Counted from the stretch's first letter, positions 1 through 8,051 are shown. The stretch: 23,719 nt of DNA from Coleofasciculus sp. B1-GNL1-01 (GCA_040220235.1 JAVJTO010000058.1); one strand, 5' to 3'. The notes: generated from the sequence alone by a model not told the origin. Program-made: numbers and translations.

Positions 1-10
1 TTATTAGTCA

Positions 11-141
11 TAAGTAGGTGGACACAATTAAAGTGAACGGTTGAGATTAGGGAACAGGGAACAGGGAACAGGGAACAGTAAGGGTTTGAGGGCAATTTGC
101 AAAACTTAACACAGTACCGTTTTCTTTTGTCCGACTACTTA
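11..141. mobile_element. MITE-like element with terminal inverted repeats and an internal STRR array
   Basis: Left end TAAGTAGGTGGACA (11-24) matches the reverse complement of right end TGTCCGACTACTTA (128-141) at 12/14. Contains (GGGAACA)x4 at 50-77. No ORF. Confidence 0.65.
50..77. repeat. STRR heptamer array (GGGAACA)x4
   Basis: Four exact tandem copies read directly; typical of filamentous cyanobacteria. Confidence 0.95.
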
Positions 142-235
142 GCCGTATCGATAAAGCCTTTGTCGAGCCTCTGGTAACGGATTTCCGCAGCCGCAAAGGG
201 ATTGAGTTGTCGTAACCATGGATAGAGGGGTTTAG

Positions 236-973
236 ATGAATGAACTAAATAAACAACCTCAGTTTGATGTCTTCATGGCTCACAACAGCAAGGACAAACC
301 GCAAGTGCTAGAGATTGCTGAGCAGCTTAAGCAGCGTGGATTAAAGCCCTGGATAGACATCGAGCAAATCCCTCCAGGAGAATCCTTTCAAAAGGTAATT
401 CAACAAGCGATTCCTAATGTTAAATCTGCTGCCATTTTCTTTGGGCTTGAGGGAACAGGAAATTGGCAAGAAGAGGAAATCCCCGTAATTCTTACTCAAT
501 CTCGAAAAGCTAATATTCCTGTCATTCCCGTTTTGCTACCAGGAGTTAACCAACTTCCCGATGATTTGCTGTTTCTCAGTGAACGAAACTGGGTAGCTTT
601 TGCTAGCCGTCTTGATGACATCAAAGCTATGGATTTACTGGAATGGGGGATTACAGGGAAGAAGCCAGGAGCGGAAGGTGAGAATCAAACGACATCTTTA
701 TCCTCATCATCGACGGAACAATCTTCAGAAAATGAGTTGCCAGAAGAACCAGAAGACGTGGCGTTAGAGCTACTTCAGCGCCTCCGTCCCCCTCAGTTTA
801 AGAGAGTTTTGTTTTATTACAAATCAGTTAACGAATACGACTTGCCAGACGCTAATGCGCCACAATCGGAAAAAGCAATGGAATTTGTTAGACTAGCAGT
901 TGAGCAAGAAGGAGAATCCCTTTCAAAACTGCTCAATACTATTTATAAAGTTGCTCCCTTTCTGAAAAAGTAG
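236..973 (+). CDS. TIR-domain protein (TIR_2-like) with acidic/Ser linker and C-terminal helical adaptor (EAD/death-like) domain
   Basis: FDVFMAHNSKDK start, GLKPWID..I.PG, WQEEE motif (putative catalytic Glu81), PVIPVLLP. Low-complexity linker TTSLSSSSTEQSSENE. Residues ~174-245 align with residues ~5-70 of the next ORF. GAGGGG upstream of the ATG. Confidence 0.9.
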   Translation: MNELNKQPQFDVFMAHNSKDKPQVLEIAEQLKQRGLKPWIDIEQIPPGESFQKVIQQAIPNVKSAAIFFGLEGTGNWQEEEIPVILTQSRKANIPVIPVLLPGVNQLPDDLLFLSERNWVAFASRLDDIKAMDLLEWGITGKKPGAEGENQTTSLSSSSTEQSSENELPEEPEDVALELLQRLRPPQFKRVLFYYKSVNEYDLPDANAPQSEKAMEFVRLAVEQEGESLSKLLNTIYKVAPFLKK

Positions 974-978
974 CGTGA

Positions 979-3900
979 ATGACTACTCTAGACGACGAAC
1001 TATTGGAAAAACTCAGAAGACTCAGTAGTGAGCAATTTCAGGCAGTGGTTTTTCGTCTTAAAGATGATATTGAGGAGGCGGAGCTTCCTGGTTCTACGGC
1101 TTCTCAATCCGAAAGGGCGATTGAACTGATTAGACTGCTTCAGCTACAGGATAAACTTCAACGCCTCAATAACATCCTGGCTGAACCCGCTATCTCCATC
1201 ATTGGTGAGCAGTATATCGGCTATGAGATAGAAGCTCAAGTTAAGGGAATTGTTCATGAGTATATCCAGCAACCCTTTGAAGGGCGGGAGGATGAGCAGC
1301 GTCAGCTTGATGACTTTGTGCAGCATAATTCCCAGGGGGTGTTGTTAGTAACGGGGGCGGCGGGTTTTGGCAAATCGGCTCTGTTGTCCCATTGGCAACA
1401 AACCCAGCAGGAAAATTGTTTCATCGCCTATCACTGTTTTAGTTATCGTTACCAGAAAACGCGCTTAGTCTCGGAAGCCTATCGCCATCTGCTCAAACAA
1501 CTCTATCTGTATCACAACATTAGGAATGGGCAGTTTCCGAATGATCCAAATCGGATGCGGGATATTCTGGTGGGGATGCTGGAGAAACCTGTCTCGCCAG
1601 AGGGTAAGCGTCTGGTGATTGTGTTGGATGGGTTGGATGAGGCTTCAGAAAAGTTGGAGCCGTTTTTTACCAGGCTCGCGGATGGGGTGTTTGTGATTGC
1701 TTCAGCACGGGCTGAGGTAGGGGATGAGCCGGAATACCTGCGGAATTGGACAGATAATGCTCAGAGATTGTATCTGAAGCGGCTACGCCGTGAGGCAATT
1801 CCCAAGTGGCTGGCGCAAATCAGCGAGTTAGTCACCTATAGCCAGAATCAGGATTTTGTTCAACGGCTGGATGAGATAACTGGGGGATTCCCGCTTTACC
1901 TGCGTTATCTGATTGATGACTTGAGACAGGCGGCAATAAAGTGTCAGGATGTGCAGGGGGTACTCCGGAATAGTCCCGGTGGGTTCAAAGCTTATGTCAA
2001 AGAACAGTTTCGCCAACTTGCCAAAGTTGAGGAGATTAAGCGACAAGGGGAAGTGCGGGAGTTGTTTGCCTTGCTGTCAGTGGCGTTGGGAGCGTTATCT
2101 GAGGATGATATTGAAGCGTTGACTGCGTTGAATGCCTGGGATTTAGCCGATTTACCCTGGCAGGCGACACGGTGGTTTAGTATTCAAACGGGTTGTTATA
2201 GTTCTGACTTTTCACGCCATCCAGAAAAATCGATATCAAACCTAACCCCCCAGCCCCCTTCCCACCCCTCTCGTTCTCCCCTACAAGGGGAGATGGCAAA
2301 GGATGCTTCGCTTTTTTTTGCACGGAAGGGGGAGAATTCAAAGCAAGGGAACGGGGAGAATTCAAAGCCTCTCTCCTTGCAGGAGAGAGGTTTGGAGAGA
2401 GGTTTTCCAGATTCCGTCAAAAGTAAGAATTATAGTTTTGCTCACCCCTTACTCGCCCAGGAGTTTAAAGGAGCGCTGGGGCGTCAGGCGTCTTTGGCGG
2501 AAGATAAGTTAATTGACTATTGTGCCAAATGGCAGGACAACCATAGTTCTTATGGGTTGCGGCATTATGCCGAACACTTGGGAAAGGCGAAGCGGTGGGA
2601 GGAGTTGTATGCGATCGCACGCGACAAAAATTTTTCATCTGCCCAACAGCAACAGTTATCTGATGAACCTGATTTGCCTCTGAAGACGGTGCAGGCTGCT
2701 TTGCTCGGTGCTGCTGAGGAAGACAAGGCAGAGAGAATGGCTGAGTTTGTGCTGGTACACGCACACAGATTGGGGCAGACAAATGCTCAAGAGTCACCAC
2801 TAGATGCATTGCGATCAGGCAGTCTCAAAAGGGCATGGGTACTGGCGGATCAGTATGAGATTGAGCGCTGTATTCTTTGGTATTTGCTGCTGGCATGGGA
2901 GTTGAAGGATACAGACAGATTCAAGGAAGCACGAGAGACACTGGAGCGATTAGAGTGCAAAAAATTACCTCGTTTTTCAGTCCATGCCACTACTCTTTGG
3001 CAAGGCAACTATGCTGCTTACTTTCTCGCAAAGCTTTTTGATACAAATGAGGAGGTCTGTACTGGTTTAGTTGGGAAACTTTTTGATAATTACCACCTCC
3101 GCCGTCTGTGCAACATTCTTAGGGAGCATAGTAACTTTAGTGCTGCCCTCGAAACTGTACAGGAAATTAGCGATGAATGGGATCAAGTTTCCCAGCTAGG
3201 GAGTATAGCCAAAACCCAGGTGACAATAGGACTAAGACAAGCAGCACGAACCACCTATAACATAGCGCTTGAGATTATACGCAAAAAAGCACCAAACCTA
3301 TTTTCGGTCGAGGAGATGGGTAAAATAGCCAAAGCACAAGTAGAAGAATTAGGTAATCCAGAAGCAGCATGTAATACTTTTGCTGAAGCTCTAGAAATAG
3401 CATGGAAGATTCGTAATCACCAGGATCGGGTGAGGGCTTTTATTGCAATGGCAAATAGGCATGTAGAAGTAGGAATGATTGCCAGAGCATTCGATCTTCT
3501 TCAAACAATAAATATTCAAGATGAGATAGAAGAATCTTTGAAGATTGAGGTATTAAATGCTACAGCAGAATTAGAAGCAAAAGAGGGAAGGCTCGATAAT
3601 GCACAACTCACGTTTACTAGTGCAAAAAAAATAGCGCATAGTATTGAGGATGAACAAAAACGGAGTGAGGCTCTAGAAAGAATAGCAAGGGCGCAAGCTC
3701 AGGTAATAGAATTTCTCGATAATGCGTTTGAAACTGCTGAGGAGATTGATTATCTTTATTATAAAACGAGTGCTTTACAAGAAATCGTGAGAGTACAGAT
3801 ACAGGCAGAGAATTTTACTGCTGCCCTGTCTACTATAAGTAGGATTGAGGAGCCTAGGAGTAAGGCAAATGCTTTGTGGGGAATAGCACAAGCGCAAGCC

Positions 3901-5364
3901 GAAGCAAACCCATTAACCGATGATGCACTTGAGACGGCTCAAGCAATTGAAGATCAGCTACAGCGTAGGGAGGCTCTGGTAGCAATCGCAAAAGAACAGG
4001 CAAAGGCGGGGAATTTTTCCGGTGCTTATGCGACTATGAGCAGAATTCAGGATAGAAGTAGACGGCAAGAGGTTCTGTTGGCAATAGCATACGCACAGGC
4101 TAATGCAGAAAACTATCCTACTGCGCTGGAGGTTGCTGAAGGGATAGACGCTCTGAGACAGATAAAAATTTTAGGTTTTATCGCCAAGAAACTGACAGCA
4201 GGCGGGCAAAGTCAAACAGCAAGAGCTAAGTTTGCTACTGCTCTCCAGATTTCACAAGCATTTAAACCTGCATATCTACGAGCGATAGCACTGGCAAATA
4301 TAGCAGAAGCACAGGTGCAAGTCAGCTTGAACGAGTCAGGAGCGAGTATCGGTAGCATAGGTAATCAGATTGCACAAGAGATTGATAATCCCAGGGAAAA
4401 AGCAATCGCTATGGCGATAACAGCAGAGGTATTAGCAAAGGCAGGAAAAATCAAGGCTGCACAAGATATCTTTACTGCTGCCCTTGAGACGGCACACAAG
4501 ATTGACAATCAATCGGACGGTGTAATCAGTTTCAGAGTAATAGCCGAAGCGCAGGCAAGTGTAGACGTCTTTACTGCTGCCCTTGAGACGGCACAGAAGA
4601 TCCAACGGCAAGATGAGCAAGCAAAGGTGCTAGCAGCAATTGCTAAAGCGCAGGCAAAAGCAGGACTAGTGGAGGAGGCGCACAAAACTGTTAATACTGC
4701 CTTTGAAATCGCTCAAAACTATTATTCGATATGGGGTTCGATAGGCGTTCTTTGTGAAGTTGCTGTAGCCGAAGCTGCAGTAGAACAGAAAGAAGAAGCA
4801 CTGGAGCTTTTGAGCGAACTCCGTGACCGTGAGGTTGTACGAGAAACTAGGGAGCAAGATAAAAACCTATCGACGATAGCAGTAGCGCATATAAAAATAG
4901 GAGAAATCACTACTGCCCTTGAAATTAAAGATGAGATTGAGGATGAATGGGAGCGTGTGAAAGTAATCTCATGGATTGCCTGGGCTGAGTTCAAGAAAGG
5001 AGAAAAAGAGGGATTATTAACAACTCTCGCTGCTGCTCTTGAGGCTAAAGGCAAGATTAAGGATGAAGAGAACCGGGTGAAAGCCCTCAGGGCAATTGCC
5101 GGGATACAAATAAGAGCTGGAAAAGGTGAGCAGGCGGTAAGAACATTAGAAAAAATTCTTACTGAACGCAACCGTCACTTACCCAATGTCGCTGCTGTTT
5201 TTATCGAGACAGGTGATCGGGCGAACTTCAAGCACCTATTAATTCCCTGTGCTTACTATCTGGACGCTGCCTATGAAATGTGCGGATATCTGGCGCGGCT
5301 ATATCCTGAGAAGGCAACAGATATTGCTAATGTGTTGAGTGAGTTTACCTTGAGTGCGATATAG
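979..5364 (+). CDS. STAND/NACHT-like P-loop NTPase with N-terminal helical adaptor domain and C-terminal TPR-like repeats (bacterial NLR-like protein)
   Basis: Walker A LLVTGAAGFGKS; NACHT-type Walker B LVIVLDGLDE; GFPLYL motif; winged-helix-like YSFAHPLLAQEF; long C-terminal array of A-L-x-x-I-A-x-A-Q-A helical repeats. Starts 5 nt after the TIR stop. Confidence 0.88.
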   Translation: MTTLDDELLEKLRRLSSEQFQAVVFRLKDDIEEAELPGSTASQSERAIELIRLLQLQDKLQRLNNILAEPAISIIGEQYIGYEIEAQVKGIVHEYIQQPFEGREDEQRQLDDFVQHNSQGVLLVTGAAGFGKSALLSHWQQTQQENCFIAYHCFSYRYQKTRLVSEAYRHLLKQLYLYHNIRNGQFPNDPNRMRDILVGMLEKPVSPEGKRLVIVLDGLDEASEKLEPFFTRLADGVFVIASARAEVGDEPEYLRNWTDNAQRLYLKRLRREAIPKWLAQISELVTYSQNQDFVQRLDEITGGFPLYLRYLIDDLRQAAIKCQDVQGVLRNSPGGFKAYVKEQFRQLAKVEEIKRQGEVRELFALLSVALGALSEDDIEALTALNAWDLADLPWQATRWFSIQTGCYSSDFSRHPEKSISNLTPQPPSHPSRSPLQGEMAKDASLFFARKGENSKQGNGENSKPLSLQERGLERGFPDSVKSKNYSFAHPLLAQEFKGALGRQASLAEDKLIDYCAKWQDNHSSYGLRHYAEHLGKAKRWEELYAIARDKNFSSAQQQQLSDEPDLPLKTVQAALLGAAEEDKAERMAEFVLVHAHRLGQTNAQESPLDALRSGSLKRAWVLADQYEIERCILWYLLLAWELKDTDRFKEARETLERLECKKLPRFSVHATTLWQGNYAAYFLAKLFDTNEEVCTGLVGKLFDNYHLRRLCNILREHSNFSAALETVQEISDEWDQVSQLGSIAKTQVTIGLRQAARTTYNIALEIIRKKAPNLFSVEEMGKIAKAQVEELGNPEAACNTFAEALEIAWKIRNHQDRVRAFIAMANRHVEVGMIARAFDLLQTINIQDEIEESLKIEVLNATAELEAKEGRLDNAQLTFTSAKKIAHSIEDEQKRSEALERIARAQAQVIEFLDNAFETAEEIDYLYYKTSALQEIVRVQIQAENFTAALSTISRIEEPRSKANALWGIAQAQAEANPLTDDALETAQAIEDQLQRREALVAIAKEQAKAGNFSGAYATMSRIQDRSRRQEVLLAIAYAQANAENYPTALEVAEGIDALRQIKILGFIAKKLTAGGQSQTARAKFATALQISQAFKPAYLRAIALANIAEAQVQVSLNESGASIGSIGNQIAQEIDNPREKAIAMAITAEVLAKAGKIKAAQDIFTAALETAHKIDNQSDGVISFRVIAEAQASVDVFTAALETAQKIQRQDEQAKVLAAIAKAQAKAGLVEEAHKTVNTAFEIAQNYYSIWGSIGVLCEVAVAEAAVEQKEEALELLSELRDREVVRETREQDKNLSTIAVAHIKIGEITTALEIKDEIEDEWERVKVISWIAWAEFKKGEKEGLLTTLAAALEAKGKIKDEENRVKALRAIAGIQIRAGKGEQAVRTLEKILTERNRHLPNVAAVFIETGDRANFKHLLIPCAYYLDAAYEMCGYLARLYPEKATDIANVLSEFTLSAI
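2197..2434. mobile_element. MITE inserted in frame (net 234 bp, 78 codons) within the NTPase gene
   Basis: Terminal inverted repeats TATAGTTCTGACTTTTCACG (2197-2216) and CGTCAAAAGTAAGAATTATA (2415-2434), 17/20 match. TTATAGTT occurs at both junctions (2196 and 2430, 234 bp apart). Internal hairpins CTCCCCTACAAGGGGAG and CCTCTCTCCTTGCAGGAGAGAGG, and a duplicated GGGGAGAATTCAAAGC. Confidence 0.85.
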
Positions 5365-5399
5365 AAGCTAGTGAATCTATAAAAGCAAGAAATAAACTA

Positions 5400-5897
5400 A
5401 TGCCCAAACAAGACCCAGCCAAACTAAAAAAAGTATCCGTAAACCTTCCCTTCGGCATCGGCGGCGCAGAATGGGAAGCGGATGAAACAGAACGAAAAGC
5501 CGCTTGGTCACTCTATGTTGAACTGGTTACTCGCATCACGGTACAATCCCTAGAAGCCGACCAAGGACTGCTGCGAGAAGCGCTCAATTCTCTCTATAGT
5601 ATGTTTGCGATTACCCGGCAAATCCTCAGAGACGCGGGTCCCGATGTGGGCATCTCTTCTAAATCTGTTGGCGGAATTGCGATTGCCGTTCTTAATCAAG
5701 GATTGCGCCCCTTTCTATCAAAATGGCATCCCTTATTACAAACCTGGGAAGCCCAGAAACCTGACACAACGAGTCCTAAAGAACATGAGAAAAATTGGTC
5801 GTTAGAACCTCAGATGTATGAGGAGTTGCTAATACTGGGAAAGGAGTTACAGCAATATGCTGAGGCGTTGGCGGCGATTGTGGGAGTGGAGGGATGA
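5400..5897 (+). CDS. Conserved hypothetical protein, third gene of the TIR-NTPase operon
   Basis: 165-aa ORF starting 35 nt after the NTPase stop, same strand. Protein-like helical composition with motifs AAWSLYVELVTRI, EALNSLY and LNQGLRPFLSKWHP. No function recognised. Confidence 0.8.
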   Translation: MPKQDPAKLKKVSVNLPFGIGGAEWEADETERKAAWSLYVELVTRITVQSLEADQGLLREALNSLYSMFAITRQILRDAGPDVGISSKSVGGIAIAVLNQGLRPFLSKWHPLLQTWEAQKPDTTSPKEHEKNWSLEPQMYEELLILGKELQQYAEALAAIVGVEG

Positions 5898-5931
5898 GGG
5901 AGATGGGGTTGTAGAGGTTTCTTGACATTTT

Positions 5932-6172
5932 CCCCCTCATCCCCTAACCCCTTCTCCATCCCCCCTAACCCCCCTTTGAAAGGGGGGAAGGGAGAAGGGG
6001 AACCGGATTTTCTTGCTCTCACAAGGGTAGGTTTTTTAAGCGGTTTTCCCCCTTGTCTTCTTTCCTTCCTTGTCCTCCTTGTTTTGTCCCCCCCTAAAAT
6101 AAAAAACCTACACCTGTCAAATTCTCTTGCTCCCCTCTCCCCGGCGTGGGAGAGGGGCTGGGGGTGAGGGGT
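5932..6172. repeat. Composite C/G-rich palindromic repeat cluster (REP/REPIN-like)
   Basis: Left unit CCCCTCATCCCCTAACCCCTTCTCC...GGAGAAGGGG with a nested CCCCCCTTTGAAAGGGGGG hairpin. Inverted right unit CCCCTCTCCCCGGCGTGGGAGAGGGGCTGGGGGTGAGGGG. Related in style to the interior of the 2197-2434 element. Confidence 0.7.
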
Positions 6173-6209
6173 TAAGCGTTTATTTTGATCGCAAGCGTAA
6201 GGGGACATT

Positions 6210-6464
6210 ATGAGGATAGATTTTGATCAAGAGACTGAAGCCGTTTATTTCCGACTTAAGGATTCAAGAATTGTTGAGTCTGAAGAAATCAGCCCCGGCA
6301 TTGTCTATGACTTTGATGAGGATGATACCATTGTGGGTATTGAGATTTTAAATCTAAGTCAAAAAAAACCCGACTCGATCAAAAATGTGAATTTTCATTT
6401 CACCCAGGAGGAAAAAAAGCGGTTAAGAGATATTTTAGGTTGGCTTAAGCTGTTCGGCATTTAA
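6210..6464 (+). CDS. DUF2283-family small protein (putative antitoxin-like)
   Basis: MRIDFDQETEAVYFRL...ESEEISPGIVYDFD...IVGIEILN pattern of DUF2283; AAGGGG ribosome-binding site upstream. Confidence 0.85.
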   Translation: MRIDFDQETEAVYFRLKDSRIVESEEISPGIVYDFDEDDTIVGIEILNLSQKKPDSIKNVNFHFTQEEKKRLRDILGWLKLFGI

Positions 6465-6597
6465 ACCTTAATATCAATAATGGCGCAATCCTTGCCGTAG
6501 TGCGTTAAGCGAAGCCATGCCGCAGGCTTTGCATCTTGCTCGCTGCATTGAGCATCTTGCTCGCTACTAATACCCAATTTAAATGCATGACAGCTTA
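6446..6597 (+). mobile_element. MITE family A, copy 1 (TAAGCTGT...ACAGCTTA ends)
   Basis: Terminal inverted repeats TAAGCTGT..GCATTTAAA / TTTAAATGC..ACAGCTTA. Near-identical to the reverse complement of 14826-14929 apart from a 48-nt internal expansion. Confidence 0.85.
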
Positions 6598-6668
6598 CCC
6601 TGGTTTAAATCTCTAAAGCTAGGCGTTGAAGCACTAAAGTGCTTACTACAAACAAAGCCCTTTTTTTG

Positions 6669-6718
6669 CGGGAAAAGGGCGCACGTCGGGAAAAGGGCGC
6701 ACGTCGGTGCGCCCCTAC
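6669..6718 (-). repeat. GTAG-type REP hairpin with an 18-nt tandem duplication
   Basis: CGGGAAAAGGGCGCACGT x2 (6669-6704). Hairpin GGGCGCAC-GTCG-GTGCGCCC followed by CTAC (GTAG on the minus strand). Confidence 0.7.
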
Positions 6719-6742
6719 GGTTCTAATCCACTACCCCGTATC

Positions 6743-7273
6743 TTATTCAAGAATAGATTTGAGCCGAAAATACCCAATCTGACAGGCTGAATAATCGCAT
6801 TGATTCAAATACTCTAATGGATGCCATTCATTCTGGCTAATCGCTTCAAAATAGCTGCCATCTTGCTGTGCCTTTTCCGGTTCTACACCCGTTACATCGG
6901 CATAATACAGATAACAAATTTCATTGGTTTGAGTCCCGACAATATATTTTCCCAAGGGTAGAACCTGAACCGAAAATCCCGCTTCTTCATGCACCTCTCT
7001 AATCGCCGCTTCCTCTGGCGATTCCCCTGCATCAATACCCCCAGTAATGGGACAAGGATAGAGTTTATGCTCTTGATTAATATCGGGAATATGGATACAA
7101 AGGGGCTGCTGTCTAATCAAAACCTGATAATTTCCTGGGTTACTCTGACTTTTTCTAATCAGAAATATCGCCACAGAATCTCGCCCCTTTCGTTCTAGGT
7201 AATGATACCCCCAAGCTGTTTCCTTAACTGTAATCCAATCGGTACTAAAAATAATTTTCTCTTTACTCATCAT
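6743..7273 (-). CDS. NUDIX hydrolase
   Basis: Complete Nudix box GGIDAGESPEEAAIREVHEEAG (GX5EX7REUXEEXG). Confidence 0.92.
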   Translation of the reverse strand: MMSKEKIIFSTDWITVKETAWGYHYLERKGRDSVAIFLIRKSQSNPGNYQVLIRQQPLCIHIPDINQEHKLYPCPITGGIDAGESPEEAAIREVHEEAGFSVQVLPLGKYIVGTQTNEICYLYYADVTGVEPEKAQQDGSYFEAISQNEWHPLEYLNQCDYSACQIGYFRLKSILE

Positions 7274-7301
7274 CAGTTATACATCAATTATAGGAGCAAT
7301 T

Positions 7302-7366
7302 GTAGGGGCGGGTTTAGCCACTCACTCTACTTGTCACCCCTAAACAAACAACAAAACCCGCCCTAC
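7302..7366 (+). repeat. ~65-bp GTAG REP-like element, family B copy 1
   Basis: GTAGGGGCGGGTTT...AAACCCGCCCTAC inverted ends; further copies at 11983-12047 and 13907-13970. Confidence 0.8.
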
Positions 7367-7440
7367 TCCACCAATCAATCCACGAAAAAACGCCCAAAAA
7401 TCATACATTAAGATAGATAAGTAGAGTTAGCTTGACAGAA

Positions 7441-7944
7441 ATGCAACGTCGTGTAAATAAGACAATCCACTTCAAAGCTATTACCTTGGGTATCTCCATG
7501 GGGTTAGCCCTATTCCCTGGCAAACTTCTTGCCAACGAACTGCCACCCCTACCCCAAACCAACGCTCAAGGTGATTATACCGCCTCCGCGAATAGCTGGT
7601 GGAGTTGGCAGGTTGTTGATCCTGATCCCAGAGGATTGAATTGTCGCATCTCACCAGAATTCCGCCAATTTTGGCTAGAAGACTTTCGCCCTGGTGGTTG
7701 GCAAGATGATTTTAATATCGGAGAATGGTCTGTGGTACGACGTTTCCCTAAACAGACGGTTCTCATTGCTGACAACGCGCCTGCTGGTGCAACAATTATT
7801 AAAGATGAACGGGGTTTACCCTGGGTAAAAGTAATCATTGATATGCCAACCGCCAACAACCAAATGAATGACATTTGTTTCGTGCGGGCTAATTCCAGGT
7901 ACATTCGTCCCGTTAAAACTAGCGTTCCCTATCTTTCATTATGA
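7441..7944 (+). CDS. Secreted hypothetical protein of a cyanobacterial family (W.VVDPDP.GLNCR motif)
   Basis: Basic N-terminus plus hydrophobic stretch ending LLA-NE, consistent with a signal peptide. Two Cys (LNCR, ICFVRAN). ATG 7441 preferred over TTG 7432. Confidence 0.75.
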   Translation: MQRRVNKTIHFKAITLGISMGLALFPGKLLANELPPLPQTNAQGDYTASANSWWSWQVVDPDPRGLNCRISPEFRQFWLEDFRPGGWQDDFNIGEWSVVRRFPKQTVLIADNAPAGATIIKDERGLPWVKVIIDMPTANNQMNDICFVRANSRYIRPVKTSVPYLSL

Positions 7945-7990
7945 AGCCAAGCTGCTGTTCGTTCGTAGTAGGCACTTTAGTGCCTTAATC

Positions 7991-8051
7991 GGGATTGCTG
8001 AATCAGGATTGTGGTGAAGGAAAGGGAACAGGGAACAGGGAACAGGGAACA
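7991..8051 (+). mobile_element. Left-end fragment of MITE family D with (GGGAACA)x4 STRR
   Basis: GGGATTGCTGAATCAGGATTGTGGTG resembles GGGGCTGCTAAATAAGTCTTGTGGTG at 23569; both are followed by a heptamer array. No matching right end seen. Confidence 0.5.

Noticed and set aside
2197..2434. Intein or self-splicing intron explanation for the insert
   Set aside because: It is only 78 aa, with no His-Asn terminus or intein blocks; inverted termini and junction duplication fit a MITE better.
2177..2512. Short ORFs overlapping the in-frame insert
   Set aside because: They are alternative frames of the MITE; none has transposase, intein or homing endonuclease motifs.
4432..5171. Antisense ORFs over the TPR region
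   Set aside because: They are shadows of the Ala/Glu-rich repeat coding strand.
5810..6208. ORFs 5810-6208 (-) and 5922-6167 (+)
   Set aside because: They are translations of palindromic repeat DNA with low complexity and no recognisable domain.
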